From: an uncultured delta proteobacterium | GTDB lineage: Bacteria; Myxococcota_A; Polyangia; Polyangiales; B10-G4 | Assembly (NCBI GenBank): GCA_963727445.1 | Contig: CAVSGI010000008.1 | Coordinates: 448,001-512,000, forward strand | Direction: 5' to 3' | DNA: 64,000 bases | Shown here: positions 45,191 to 58,463 of the stretch, piece after piece | Layout: every line of letters begins with the position of its first letter | Position numbering within the stretch: position 1 is the stretch's first letter | Program-made: the position numbers and the translations under genes | Notes under the pieces: generated by a model | Database searches by the model: none | What the model was told of the DNA's origin: nothing | What the model saw: the letters and a program-made list of their open reading frames with translations, nothing else

Positions 45191-46307
45191 ATGCAGCTCC
45201 CGATACTCGCCACCGAGACCGCGGAGGACTGGCGCTTGCAAGCGCGGCGCGCCGTCACCACGCTCGAGGCCCTCGAGGCACAGCTCCCGCTCACCGACTC
45301 GGAGCGCGAAGGTGCCCTACGGGCGCTGGGGGAAGGCTTTCCGCTCTCCATCACGCCCTACTACCTGTCGCTGATCGACCGAGCGGATCCCGACTGCCCC
45401 ATCCGCCGCCAGTGCATCCCCGTCGCGGACGAAGCGAAGACGGTACCTGGCGACCTGCGCGATCCCCTCGGGGAAGAGGCCCACGAGGTCGCGCCCCACC
45501 TGGTGCAGCGATACCCCGATCGCGCGCTTTTGCTCGCGACCGATCGCTGCGGCGTCTACTGCCGCTTCTGTACGCGCTCGCGCATGGTCGGCCAGGGCGG
45601 CGGCGCGCGCTCGATGGACGCCCTCGCCGACGCCTTCGCGTACATCCGGTCTCACCCCGAGGTGCGGGAGGTAATCGTCTCGGGTGGCGACCCGCTCCTG
45701 ATGTCGACGGATCGCGTGCGCCGTCTGCTCGAGGAGCCTCGCGCGCATCGACCATCTCACCGACGTGCGCGTCGCCACCCGGGTGCCGGTGACCCTGCCC
45801 CAGCGGATCGACGAGACGCTCGCGTCCGCGCTCCGCGCGCACCCATCGACCTGGGTCATGACGCACTTCAATCATCCGCGGGAGCTGACCGCCGAGTCGC
45901 GACGGGCCTGCGCGATGCTCGTCGACCACGGCCTGCCGGTGATGAATCAAACCGTCGCGCTCCGGGGTGTGAACGACGACCCGACTACGCTCGAGGCGCT
46001 CTTTCGCGGGCTGGTCTCGATGCGCGTTCGGCCCTACTACCTCTTGCAGGCCGATCCGGTGCGCGGGACTTCCCACCTGCGTACGACGGTCTCGGAGACG
46101 GTGGCGCTCATGGGGAAGCTCCAAGGCAGAGTCAGCGGGATCGCGCTCCCCAAGCTCGTGGTGGACACCCCGGGGGGCCGGGGCAAGGTCCCGATCGGGC
46201 CCGACTACGTGGTGTCCCGCACTGAGGACGGGATTGTCCTCAGAACCTTCCGGGGCGAGGAGGTCGAGTACGTCGACCCTCCGCGCCCTTCATCCTCGGA
46301 CCAATAG
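45191..46307 (+). CDS. kamA: KamA-family radical SAM aminomutase (frameshift ~45738)
   Basis: DPLGEE, RYPDR, CGVYCRFC, SGGDPL, HFNHPRE, NQTV.LRGVND, D.PGGRGK. Confidence 0.88.
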
Positions 46308-46324
46308 GGTGTATAGCCGCGGAC

Positions 46325-47041
46325 GTGCAAAAGGTACTCACACTGCACCGGACGACCATTGGTAAGAAGGCGATCGTCGCCATCACCGGGGTCATTCTCT
46401 TCGGATTCCTGATCGTTCACCTGCTGGGCAACCTCCAGCTGTACCAGGGCCCGGTCGAGGGCGCGGTCGCCATGCACGACTACGCGGCCGCCCTGCGCAA
46501 GCTGGGCCCGCTCTTGTGGACCGCCCGGATCGTGCTCCTCGTGTCGATCGGCGCCCACATCTGGGCGACGGCCAGCCTGATGAGCCGCAACGGCGACGCG
46601 CGCAGCACGCGCTATCAGCACGGGCGCAAGGATCTGGTCACCGACTACGCCGCGCGGACCATGCAGTACAGCGGCCCGATCATCGGCTTCTTCGTCGTCT
46701 ACCACCTGTTGCACCTGACCTTCGGCTACGGGAGCTTCCACGACCCGCAGAACGTCTACGACAACGTGGTCTTCGGCTTCCGCAACTGGATGATCTCCAC
46801 CGCCTACATCGTGGCGAACCTTCTGCTCGGGATGCACCTCTACCACGGCGGGTGGAGCTGGCTTCAGAGCCTCGGGGCGAGCCACCGCCGCTACGACCGC
46901 TACCGCAAGCTCTTCGCCATCGGCCTGGCCGCTTTCATCACCATCGGCAACGTCTCCATCCCGGTCTCCGTGATGACCGGTTTGATCACCCCCTCCGAAG
47001 GCTTCGACGAGTGCTCCGAGCTGCTCGGGCCCTGCGACTGA
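46325..47041 (+). CDS. sdhC: Succinate dehydrogenase cytochrome b subunit
   Basis: IGKK.IVAITG, HLLGNL, conserved His in TMs, HLYHG.WS..QSLG; first gene of the sdh operon. Confidence 0.9.
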   Translation: MQKVLTLHRTTIGKKAIVAITGVILFGFLIVHLLGNLQLYQGPVEGAVAMHDYAAALRKLGPLLWTARIVLLVSIGAHIWATASLMSRNGDARSTRYQHGRKDLVTDYAARTMQYSGPIIGFFVVYHLLHLTFGYGSFHDPQNVYDNVVFGFRNWMISTAYIVANLLLGMHLYHGGWSWLQSLGASHRRYDRYRKLFAIGLAAFITIGNVSIPVSVMTGLITPSEGFDECSELLGPCD

Positions 47042-47051
47042 AGGAACGACG

Positions 47052-48980
<1,929 letters not shown>

Positions 48981-48984
<4 letters not shown>

Positions 48985-49792
48985 GCGGGCCGAAGGAACG
49001 CGAAGAGAGCTCGGACGACGCTCGGAAGATCGACATGACGCTTCACGTCTGGCGTCAGGAGGGCCCGAACGCCGAGGGCAGGTTCGTGGAGTCACGACGT
49101 GCCGGGCGTCACCACGCACATGTCCTTCCTCGAGATGCTCGACGTGGTGAACGAGCGGATGGTCGCCGAGGGCACCGGGCCGATCGTCTTCGACCACGAC
49201 TGCCGCGAGGGCATCTGCGGCGCCTGCGGGTGCGTCATCAACGGCATCCCGCACGGGCCGCGCAGCTGACGACCACCTGCCAGCTCCACATGCGCATGTT
49301 CCAGAGCGGCGCGGAGATGTGGATCGAGCCGTGGCGCGCGGCGGCGTTCCCGATCGTGAAGGACCTGATGGTCGACCGCTCGGCGTTCGACCGCATCATC
49401 CAGGCGGGCGGCTACGTCAGCGTCCGCACCGGCAGCGCGCCGGACGCGAACGAGATCCCCATCCCGAAGGACAACTCGGACAAGGCCATCGACGCCGCCA
49501 CCTGCATCGGCTGCGGCGCGTGCGTGGCGGCCTGCCCGAACGCGTCGGCGAGCCTCTTCACGGCGGCCAAGATCGCGCACCTCAACATGCTCCCGCAGGG
49601 TCAGGCCGAGCGCTAGCGGCCGCGCCCGCGAGATGGTCGGCGCGCACGGAGGCCGAGGGCTTCGGCAGCTGCACCAACCACTGCGAGTGCGAGGCCGCCT
49701 GCCCGAAGGGCATCAGCCTCGCCAACATCGCCCGCATGAATCGCGACCTGATCAAGGCGCTGATCATGCAGAAGGACCGCGCCGCTGAATGA
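48981..49792 (+). CDS. sdhB: Succinate dehydrogenase iron-sulfur subunit (several frameshifts)
   Basis: [47 protein letters not shown]. Confidence 0.88.
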
Positions 49793-50381
49793 GCCAGCGC
49801 GCGCCGAGGGCGATCACGACGATCGCGACTACGGCCAGGCTCGCGTAGCTGTAGTGCTGGCTCAGCTCGGCGAGCCGTTCCCAATTGTCGCCCACGCCGA
49901 AGCCTACTAGCAGGATGAGTAGGTTCCATGCGCCTGCCGACAGGCCGCCGAAGAGGACCACCTTCCACGCCCGCATGCCAGCCATCCCCGCTGCGATGAA
50001 GAACAGGGATCGGAGCGCGGGCAGGAAGCGGTTCAACGACAGATAGACCGCGCCGCGACGGTCGAAGCGATCGATCACCAGGTGGATGCGCTTGCGCGTC
50101 TCGTCGCCGCGGAGGAAGCGCGGCCAGCGCTCTTCGTGACGCCCGACGTAGAGACCGAACGCCCAAGCGACCAGGCTGCCGCCGATCGATCCCGCGGTCA
50201 GCGTCGCGTAGACGAGCAGCGGCTCGTAACCGGCGGTGGCCGCCAGGAAGGTGCCGAAGAGCGCGACCGTGTCACCGGGGAGCGGGGGAAAGACATACTC
50301 GAGAGCGGACGCCGCCGCGAGGACCAGGTACGCTAAGGGTCCTTCCTGCTCGGCCAGCCATCTCAAGATCTCGTCGACCAT
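49764..50381 (-). CDS. dedA: DedA family membrane protein
   Basis: [24 protein letters not shown] motifs. Confidence 0.88.
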   Translation of the reverse strand: MVDEILRWLAEQEGPLAYLVLAAASALEYVFPPLPGDTVALFGTFLAATAGYEPLLVYATLTAGSIGGSLVAWAFGLYVGRHEERWPRFLRGDETRKRIHLVIDRFDRRGAVYLSLNRFLPALRSLFFIAAGMAGMRAWKVVLFGGLSAGAWNLLILLVGFGVGDNWERLAELSQHYSYASLAVVAIVVIALGARWLIQRRGPSA

Positions 50382-51288
50382 GCCCGTCGCCAACTACCGA
50401 GCCCCGAAGAAGCTTTCGCCCGGTGCGCGGATCGCCATCGTCGCCCCTTCGAGCCCCTTTCCGAAAGAGGACTTCGAACGCGGCGTGGCGCGCCTCGAAG
50501 AGCGCTACGAGGTCCGTTACGACCAGGGGCTATTCGGGGCCCACGGTTATCTGGCCGGGGACGACGACCGGCGTGCCTCCGAGCTGCTCACGGCGATTCG
50601 AGACCCCGAGGTCGACGGGATCATCGCGGCGAGGGGCGGCTACGGCGCCACGCGGCTCCTCGGTCGCATCGACGCCGAGGTGGTGCGGAACAACCCCAAA
50701 GCGCTCGTGGGGTTCAGCGACGTGACCGCCCTTCACGCCCTGTGGCAGCGCGCGGGGCTCCGATCCCTGCACGCCCACATGGTGGCGGCCCTCGGGCGCG
50801 CGGCAGACGCGCTGGTGCCGCGCTACTTCGCGGCCCTCGAAGGAGCGGCGCCACCGAAGCTCGAGGGCCTCCAAGCCATTGTCGCGGGCAAGGCCACGGG
50901 TCCGCTCGTCGGGGGCAACCTCGCCGTGCTCTGTGCGCTGCTGGGCACGCCCTACGCACCGGCGCTCGAGGGCACCATCCTCTTCATCGAAGACGTGGGC
51001 GAGCGACCGTTCCGAGTCGACCGCGTCCTGACGACGCTCACCCAGGCGGGGTGGTTCGATCGGGTCGCCGGGGTCGCCGTCGGCGCCTTCACCGACTGCA
51101 ATCCCGGCGCGGACGGCCGCACGATCGAGGAGGTGCTGCGGGAGCGACTCGACCGCCTCCGCGTACCGGTGGTCTCCGGTATCCCCAGCGGCCACTTCGA
51201 AGACAATCTCGAGCTACCGCTGGGGGCTCCGGTGACCATCGACGCCGACGCCGGCGTCTTCGAGGCTCACGAAGGCGCCTTCGCCTGA
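50380..51288 (+). CDS. ldcA: LD-carboxypeptidase (peptidase S66)
   Basis: APSS, RGGYG, GFSDVT, GGNL, FIEDVGE, GH. Confidence 0.9.
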   Translation: MPVANYRAPKKLSPGARIAIVAPSSPFPKEDFERGVARLEERYEVRYDQGLFGAHGYLAGDDDRRASELLTAIRDPEVDGIIAARGGYGATRLLGRIDAEVVRNNPKALVGFSDVTALHALWQRAGLRSLHAHMVAALGRAADALVPRYFAALEGAAPPKLEGLQAIVAGKATGPLVGGNLAVLCALLGTPYAPALEGTILFIEDVGERPFRVDRVLTTLTQAGWFDRVAGVAVGAFTDCNPGADGRTIEEVLRERLDRLRVPVVSGIPSGHFEDNLELPLGAPVTIDADAGVFEAHEGAFA

Positions 51289-52301
51289 AGGGCGCGCACC
51301 GCCTCCGCGATGCGGTGGTCGTCGACCCCCCGCACCAGCAACTCGTCCGCGCCCGGCACCAACTCCGTCTGACTGGCGACCAGCACGATCAGCGCCGGCA
51401 CGTCGGGGGCGGTCATGCGCCGAACCAACGCGCAGAACCTGCCTGCGTCGACGCCGCGAAGTGCGCTGCTCAGCACGACCGCGCTCGGCTTCCAGGAGGC
51501 GACGAGCTCAGCGCCCATCATCGCGTCGGGCGCCGAGCGCACCTCCATCTCGGCGCTCGACAGATCGGCGACCACCGCCGCCCTCGTGGTGGCGTGAGCC
51601 TCGATCACCAACACGCGGGGCGCGTCCTCTCCGCTCGCCGTCTTCGGGAAGGCCTCCTCCACCACCTGCGCGGCCTCGACGTCTTCCGCCAGCACCCTCC
51701 ACTCCTCGGGAAAGTCTCCTTCGGGCTCGCCCACCAACAGAACGCGCGCGGTGCTCGGGAGCACGCGACACAGCGTGCTGAGCGCAGCGGTGCTCACCGA
51801 CGGCAGCGCGGCGTCGATCACCACCGCCAGGCGCGTCTGGCGATACGCTTCGACGGCTGTCACCAGGTCGAAGACCTCGGCCACCACCCGCGTGCTCGCA
51901 CCGTCGGGGCTGGCGTCGATGCAAGCGGTCGCCCATTCCATCCTCTGCGTGGCGATGACCAGGGAATACGCCGACAGATCCACCGCGCCTGCAGGCGGGT
52001 TCGAGGTGATCGTCGAGGCAGCCCGCTCGATGATCGGCGTCAGATCGGAGAGCACCGCGTCGGCGAATTCATCGCCCAGCGTGAGATGCATGGCGCGACG
52101 CAGCGGCCCGAGGGCGAAACGTCGAAACGTCGAAGGATCCTCGGGCACGACGGTCAATCCGCCGTCCGCCAGCGCCATGTAGAGGACGGAGTCGCGCGCG
52201 TCCGGGTTCGCGACCCGGTCGAGGGCTTCGTGGAGCAGACGGGCCAGGGGTCCGGGTCCCGCCTCGTCGAGGGTGTCCGCGCTGCGCCGCTTTCGTCGCA
52301 C
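51267..52301 (-). CDS. Hypothetical protein with degenerate receiver-like domains
   Basis: C-terminal PRVLVIE..KPSAVVL..P.IVL receiver-like fold lacking the phospho-Asp; GTG 52301 preceded by TACCCT. Confidence 0.55.
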   Translation of the reverse strand: MRRKRRSADTLDEAGPGPLARLLHEALDRVANPDARDSVLYMALADGGLTVVPEDPSTFRRFALGPLRRAMHLTLGDEFADAVLSDLTPIIERAASTITSNPPAGAVDLSAYSLVIATQRMEWATACIDASPDGASTRVVAEVFDLVTAVEAYRQTRLAVVIDAALPSVSTAALSTLCRVLPSTARVLLVGEPEGDFPEEWRVLAEDVEAAQVVEEAFPKTASGEDAPRVLVIEAHATTRAAVVADLSSAEMEVRSAPDAMMGAELVASWKPSAVVLSSALRGVDAGRFCALVRRMTAPDVPALIVLVASQTELVPGADELLVRGVDDHRIAEAVRALQAKAPS

Positions 52302-52428
52302 GACCCAAAGGGTAGTACGTGAGCGGAGGCGCTCCCAGGCTCGACTCGCGTCCGGCGGCGTCGCCCGCTCACACTTGCACACGTAATCCCACGTGACTCC
52401 ACCTTCGGCTCCGAGGTACTTTCCCCGG

Positions 52429-53032
52429 GTGCTTCGCGCGATAGCTCTGCTCCTCGTCGGGATCACGGTGCCAGCGCTCTCTGGCTGCGGCGGGTCGGTG
52501 CCTGACCGCTTCGTGGTCGAACGCGATCTCGGCGACTTCCAATACCGGCGCTATCAGAAGGTGCTCGACCTCGAGTTCCCCGTCGAAGGCAACCCCGGCG
52601 TCGGACACACCGCCAGCTACGTGCGCCGAGGAAGCGGCCGCGACGTCGTCTTCGCGACCGCCTTCGTCACCGTCTACGATCATGCAGCCTCCCTCACGGC
52701 AGAGGTCGCCGACCGCCTGGACTCGCTCGGGACCTACGATGTCACCGTGGGCGAGCTCGAGGGCGACAACGTCTGGTGGCTGGACGGGGGCGAGGACCGC
52801 TGGGCGCTCTGGGTCTCGGGCAAGTACGTGGTGAAGCTCGGGGCACCGCGAGGTGAGGAGATCCCCGAGGACATCGCCGAAGAATACGTGGACACCTATC
52901 CGAGCGATTCTCGACGAGAACGGACGGGCCGAGTCCGGGGCGGACAGCGCGGGTCCCTCTCGGCGCCAGCGAGACGAACAATCTCAGGACCTGGACATGC
53001 CGGCGCACCTCCGCAAGAACGCGCCGCGATGA
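52429..53032 (+). CDS. Hypothetical lipoprotein (frameshift ~52909 creates an artificial fusion to hisC)
   Basis: Lipobox LSGC; alternative frame after YPSD reads LDENGRAESG...KNAPR-stop, overlapping the hisC ATG. Confidence 0.65.
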
Positions 53033-54093
53033 GCCTGCGCGCGCTCGTCGGGCGACGCCTGTCGCCCCTGAGGGCCTACGCGCCCAAGCCCGCGCCGCGG
53101 ATCAAGCTCGACGCGAACGAGAGCCCGTGGCCACTCCCCCCCGAGGCACGAGAGATCCTGGCCCGCACACTCGCCGCCGCCCCGCTCCACCGCTACCCCG
53201 ATCCACGCGCGACGCGCCTCCGCGCCCTGCTCCGCGCGCGGGTCGGTGGCGCGCCGGAGGACCTGGTGGTGGGGGCCGGCTCCGACGAGGTCATCTGCAT
53301 CCTGCAGGACGCGCTGAGCGAGCCGCGCGAGGGCGCGCGGGCGCCGATCACCCTCTCGGTGGAGCCGAGCTTCGTGATGTACCAGCACAACGCGGTGGTC
53401 TGTGGACACGACTACGTCGCCGTCCCGCTTCGCGAGGATTTCTCCCTGAACGTCGAGGCCATCGCGGACGAGATCGCCGAGACCCGACCGAACGTGATCT
53501 TTCTGGCCACCCCCAACAACCCCACGGGCAACGCCTTCGATGACGCCGCGGTGGAGGCCGTGGTGAAGAGCGCGCCGGACAGCCTGGTGGTGATCGACGA
53601 GGCCTACGGAGCCTTCGCCGGCCGCACCCTCAGCGGCCTCGCCGATCGCTACGACAACGTCGCGCTCATGGGCACCCTGTCCAAGATCGGTCTCGCCGGC
53701 GCGCGCGTCGGCTACTGTCGCTTGCCGCCCTCGATCGCCCCTGACGTCGACAAGGTGCGACAGCCTTTCAATCTCTCGAGCCTGGCCCTGACCGCGGCGG
53801 AGCTGGCGCTCACCGAGCTCGCGCCGGTGCTCGAAGCCCAGGTGGGCCTGATCGTGAAGGAGCGCGCGCGGCTCGCAGAGGCCCTGGCGGCGCACGCGGA
53901 TCTCGAGCCGCTTCCGAGCGACGCCAACTTCATCCTGGTGCGCGTGAAGGGCGACGCAACGGCCCTGGCCGACCGCCTGCGAAAGGCCGAGATCGCGGTG
54001 CGGGTCTTCGCGTCGTCGCCCTCTCTGTCGGGCTACGTTCGGATCACGGTCGGCACGCCCGAAGAGAACGACGCCCTGCTCGCGGCGCTCTGA
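53029..54093 (+). CDS. hisC: Histidinol-phosphate aminotransferase
   Basis: KLDANESP, HRYPD, GAGSDE, PNNPTG, DEAY, TLSK.GLAG.RVGY, RITVG. Confidence 0.9.
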   Translation: MSLRALVGRRLSPLRAYAPKPAPRIKLDANESPWPLPPEAREILARTLAAAPLHRYPDPRATRLRALLRARVGGAPEDLVVGAGSDEVICILQDALSEPREGARAPITLSVEPSFVMYQHNAVVCGHDYVAVPLREDFSLNVEAIADEIAETRPNVIFLATPNNPTGNAFDDAAVEAVVKSAPDSLVVIDEAYGAFAGRTLSGLADRYDNVALMGTLSKIGLAGARVGYCRLPPSIAPDVDKVRQPFNLSSLALTAAELALTELAPVLEAQVGLIVKERARLAEALAAHADLEPLPSDANFILVRVKGDATALADRLRKAEIAVRVFASSPSLSGYVRITVGTPEENDALLAAL

Positions 54094-54105
54094 GCGCTGC
54101 GGAGC

Positions 54106-55897
54106 TCACTCGCCGGGCGGCGCGCCCGCGCCCGGCTCGGCGGTGTCGACCTCGTCGGGGAGGTCGGGCGGCACCGACGAGTCGCGCGCGCGCTTGTCCG
54201 GCGTGCCGGGAACGTCCATCTCGGTGTCGCGTCCGTCGCCGATCTCGCGCGGGCTCACCGCGTCCATCGGCACGATTGGCATCTCGCTGGTACGCGTGGG
54301 CAGCTGCGAAGGGCGCGGCGGGATCATCTCGCCGAACCAGTCGAAGAAGTCGAGCATCTTCGCTTTGCGCGCGGGGGACAGGTAGTCGAAGTTGATGCCG
54401 CGGTCGCTGATCTCCCAGAACTCGGCGGAGCGCACCCTGAGGAGCTCGTCGCGAATGGACTGGAGCCGCGACGGCTGCTCGTGCTCCATGTCGCGGTAGA
54501 CCTGGCGTGCCAGCTTCTCGTCGCCCTTGAGCAGGTAGTAGGTCGCGAGCTTCACCTGCGCCTTGCGCACGCCGCGGAGCGCGTTCTCCTGCACCTCGCC
54601 CTCGGACTCCTTGTCGACCTCGAGGAAGATGCGCAAGAGGTCGCGCCGGGCGTTGCTCTTCTGGTCGAAGGCCAGCTCGTTCAAGGAGCAGAGGTCGTAG
54701 GCGACCGTCTCCAGGATGAAGGGAAGGTTCGCGTGGTACGAGGTGAGCCCGTAGTACTTGAAGTAGCGGGCGATCTCGACCGCGCGGCTGCCGCCGCGAT
54801 AGTCCAACGCCGCCTCCGCCAGGCGGCGGTACTGGTTCAGGACGTTGTAGGCGGTGCGCACGTCCCGCGCGTTGATGGTGGCGCGGAGATAGGTGTTGAA
54901 GAACTTCAGGGCGAGGTCGAGGAGCTCGTTGGCGTCGGCCTCGATGGCGGCCTCGGCGATGCGCCGCGTCGAGATGGCGATGAGGTAGTTGATGTCCCTC
55001 ATCCGGTTGAGCGCCTCGTTGTAGATGGTCTGGTACTGGCGCATGATCTTCATCTCGAACCAGATCTGGCGCCGGCTGACGTCCTCGAGGACCTCCGGTG
55101 ACATCGAGACGAAGTCGGGGTTGTGGGCGAGCTCGCCCTCCACGCGGAACCAGGGCGTCTGCAGGTGCGGCCGAACCGCCTGATAGTCGACCACCAGGTC
55201 CTGGAGCGCTTCGACGCTCGCCATCGACACGCCCTTGTCCTTGTTCTCCATGGCGTTGAGGCCCACGTCGGCGATCTGCTCGACGCCGCGCACCGCCTCG
55301 GACTGGATCCGGGCGAAGCTGCCCTTCTGGCGCTCGACGATGCGGAGGGTCTGCCGCCGGATCCGCTGGACGATCTGGATCGGGTTCAGGAAGAGGAAGA
55401 CGAACCCGAAGTACGGCAGCAGAGATCAAGAGGCAGGCCGCCAGCATGATCATCGAGACGGTGATCCCCACGTGGGGGACGAAGCCGGTCTCGGTCGTCG
55501 CGTCGTAGTCGAAGATCAGCGTGACCCACAGCGACTGCAGCGCCGTGATCACGAAGAACCCCATCACGAAGAAGTTGATGGGCGCGCTCACGAAGAGCTC
55601 GGTGATGCGGTGGGTGTACCGGTTCGCGGCCAGCTCGACGACGATGGCGACGACGGTGATGGCGATCGCCAGGACCGCCGCGACGATCTCGCCCGCGTTG
55701 GACAGGGTGTTCGCGGCGGAGAGGGGGTTCGGATCGAAGAAGAGGCCGAGGGCGTGACTGGGGTCCCCGTCGGCGGACGCGTCCACCCAGTACGTGAAGG
55801 CGAAGACCGCGAGAGAGCCGCCCAGGAGGATGGAGAGTGGAAGAAGCCAAACCCTGAGGAGGTTGGTCTCCTGTTCCGACTCGGGGCCCTCGGCCAT
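54106..55897 (-). CDS. DUF2254-like membrane protein with large helical C-terminal domain (frameshift ~55425)
   Basis: N-terminal TMs incl. AIAITVVAIVVELAANRYT; C-terminal ORF 54106..55293. Confidence 0.6.
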
Positions 55898-55972
55898 GGC
55901 CCGAAGGGTAGCAAAGCGCGTCCTGACCCACGAGGACCAGCCCGCGCCCCGTGTGTAGTAGACTCCGCCGCG

Positions 55973-56855
55973 ATGCGCGCGATCCTCGCGATGGCTCTGT
56001 TGTCGCTCTCGGCCCTGATGTGCGGGCGGGCCGTGGCCCAGGAGTCGGAGGCGGATTCGGAGGCAGCGGCCGATTCGGAGGCGGAGGCCGAGTCGGAGGC
56101 GGAAGCGGAGACGGGCACGGAAGCGGGCACGGAAGCGGGAACGGGAACGGGAACGGGAACGGAAGCGGGAACGGGAACGGGAACGGGAACGGGAGCGGGA
56201 ACGGGAGCGGGAACGGGCACAGACACGGGAACGGGAACGGGAACGGGAACGGGAACGGGAGCGGGAACGGGGCCCGAGGACCAACCCGAGGGGTCATCGT
56301 CCGCGCCTGCGCCGCCCGAGCTCGCCCCTGGAGACTTCGCCCTTCCTCGTCTCTCTCGCCTTCTTCACCGGCGTCGCCCAGGAGAACGACTTCGACGCGG
56401 CCCTGTCGAATCTCGGGTACTCGCGCAGTCAGTGGTTCTGGGGGCTCGACCTGAGCGCGGAGACGCGCATCAGCCGGCTCTTCTGGATCGGAGCGCGCGG
56501 AGATCTTCGGATGCGTCAGTGGGGCTTTCGGGGAGGCACCTCGGCCGATGCGCTCGGCGCGTCGCTCCTCGCCCTCGCCGACTTCCGCATCCCGCTGAAC
56601 AGCGTCCTCGACGTGGCCGCCATCGCGGGCGCCGGCTTCGGGATGGCGGTGGTGACGCTGCGCGGCGTCTCACAGGTCGCAGGGCTTCCGCGCCTGAGCA
56701 TCGGTCTGCAGTTCGGCGTGACGCTCTTCTCCGGCCTGCGAGTGCACATGGGCGCGACCTTCGACTACGCCGAGTCGCTGGCCCTGAACGACTTCGGAGA
56801 CAGCGTCTCCTTCAGCATCGCCGCCTTCCGCTTCGGCTTCGAGGGACGACTGTGA
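55973..56855 (+). CDS. Secreted/outer-membrane beta-barrel protein with Glu/Ala and Thr-Gly low-complexity linker (frameshift ~56341)
   Basis: Signal peptide (AVA-Q); after shift FLVSLAFFTG...joins ORF 56511..56855 ending FRFGFEGRL. Confidence 0.6.
56111..56272 (+). repeat. Imperfect hexamer microsatellite (ACGGGA)n encoding (TG)n
   Basis: Directly visible ACGGGAACGGGA runs interrupted by GCGGGA/GAAGCG. Confidence 0.9.
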
Positions 56856-57481
56856 AAGAGACGAACCGCCTGCCCCGCCTCGCGATGCTGCTGATCACCG
56901 TGATGATCGCTTGCAACGAGCCAAGGGCCGCCGACTCGTTCCTCTGGGAGGAGACCTTCGAAGAGGTCTGCGACGGCCTGCCCTGCGACTGGGTGCGCGT
57001 CGGCGGAGCTCCCGAGGACGTCCGCTACGTGACCACCTCGTTTCATCCGGGGGAACACGGCATCGCCCTCAGCGGCGACGGCAGCGTCCGGGGTCCCGGC
57101 GGAGAGTCCATGCCCGCGACCTTCGCCATCGGGACCCTCGAAGCGCGCGTGGTGGGTCGCTGCGATGCGGGCGCCGGGGTGGATATCGAGGTGGGGCTGG
57201 AGATGGCCGCCGGCCTCGACGGGGGCGGCGGCTTCGACAACACCACCCCGGCCACCGTCTTCCTCCCCGACAGCTGGGCCGAGGCATCGACCTCGATCCC
57301 CATCACCTCGGCCAGCGCTTTCGTCGACGGGGGCGTCGGGGCCCCGATGATGTTCGGCACCACGGACCTGCGCATCACCTCCGTCCTGCTCACCATGAAC
57401 GGCCCGGGAACCTGCGAAATCGCCGAGATCATCATCGACGACACGGGCATGGCCCGCCGCTCGGTCGACGACGGCTGCTGA
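56852..57481 (+). CDS. Hypothetical lipoprotein
   Basis: GTGA overlap with upstream gene; lipobox MIAC; paired Cys. Confidence 0.65.
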   Translation: MKETNRLPRLAMLLITVMIACNEPRAADSFLWEETFEEVCDGLPCDWVRVGGAPEDVRYVTTSFHPGEHGIALSGDGSVRGPGGESMPATFAIGTLEARVVGRCDAGAGVDIEVGLEMAAGLDGGGGFDNTTPATVFLPDSWAEASTSIPITSASAFVDGGVGAPMMFGTTDLRITSVLLTMNGPGTCEIAEIIIDDTGMARRSVDDGC

Positions 57482-57535
57482 CGGGCAAGTGACTTGCGCC
57501 CACTGGCGGGCGAAACTAGATTGCGCCGCCCCGCC

Positions 57536-58462
57536 ATGCAGCCGGAGCCCGAAATCACCACTGACGACCTCGCACGCGAGGCGCTCGCGTGGGCGACCGA
57601 CGTCGCCTGCGTAGACCCACGTCTGCTCGACGACCCCCACCCGGTGCCGCCGATCGAGTCCCTGAGGGCGCTGCCCATCGAGGTGGTTCGCGATCACATG
57701 GACCGGATCCTGGTTTCGAAGAACGCGGAGGAAGGCCTCGACGCCCTTCATCACATCCGCCTCCTCGACGCGTGGATCCCGGAGGTCGCGGCCATGGTCG
57801 GCTTCGGCGACGGCGAGTGGCGGCACAAGGACGTCTGGAAGCACACCAAGCAGGTGGTGCGCCAGGCCGTGCCGCGCCTCGCCATTCGTTGGGGCGCGCT
57901 CCTGCACGACATCGGCAAGCCCAAGACCCGCAAGATCACGGACAGCGGCGAAGTGACCTTCTACGGCCACGCCGAGGTCGGCGCGTCGATGTTCCGCCGC
58001 CGGGTAGGCAAGCGCCTCGGCTTCGATGGCGAGCTCTTCGACCGCGTCCACTTCCTCATCCTCTATCACCTGCGCGCGAGCCAGTACGATGGCCAGTGGA
58101 CCGACTCCGCGGTGCGCCGCTTCGCGCGCGAGATGGGCGAGGGCCTCGACGATCTGCTCGCGCTCAGTCGCGCCGACATCACCACCAAGCGCCCGGCCCG
58201 CAAGAAGCGAGGGTTGCGCCAGATCAGCGCGCTCGCCGAGCGTATCCGCAAGCTCCAGAAGGAGGATGCGCGGGTGCCGCCGCTCCCCAAGGGACTCGGC
58301 AACGAGATCATGAACGCCTTCGGCGTGCCTCCGTCGCGCCGCCTCGGTGACATCATGAAGGAGCTCGAGCGGCGCTGCGAAGACGGTGACCTCGAATGCG
58401 GTCGGGATGCCGAGTTCTACATCGCGTACCTGCGCGAGCGCGCCGGCGACTTCGAGCTCTGA
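57536..58462 (+). CDS. HD-domain protein resembling the C-terminal half of CCA-adding enzyme, lacking the NTase head
   Basis: HKDVWKHT, ALLHDIGKP, FYGHAEVGA, YHLR, WTDSAVRR, RADITT, GNEIM. Confidence 0.8.
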   Translation: MQPEPEITTDDLAREALAWATDVACVDPRLLDDPHPVPPIESLRALPIEVVRDHMDRILVSKNAEEGLDALHHIRLLDAWIPEVAAMVGFGDGEWRHKDVWKHTKQVVRQAVPRLAIRWGALLHDIGKPKTRKITDSGEVTFYGHAEVGASMFRRRVGKRLGFDGELFDRVHFLILYHLRASQYDGQWTDSAVRRFAREMGEGLDDLLALSRADITTKRPARKKRGLRQISALAERIRKLQKEDARVPPLPKGLGNEIMNAFGVPPSRRLGDIMKELERRCEDGDLECGRDAEFYIAYLRERAGDFEL

Positions 58463-58463
58463 G

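Noticed and set aside
52393..54093. Lipoprotein-HisC fusion
   Set aside because: A single extra base near 52909 explains it; the corrected frame ends in an ATGA overlap with hisC
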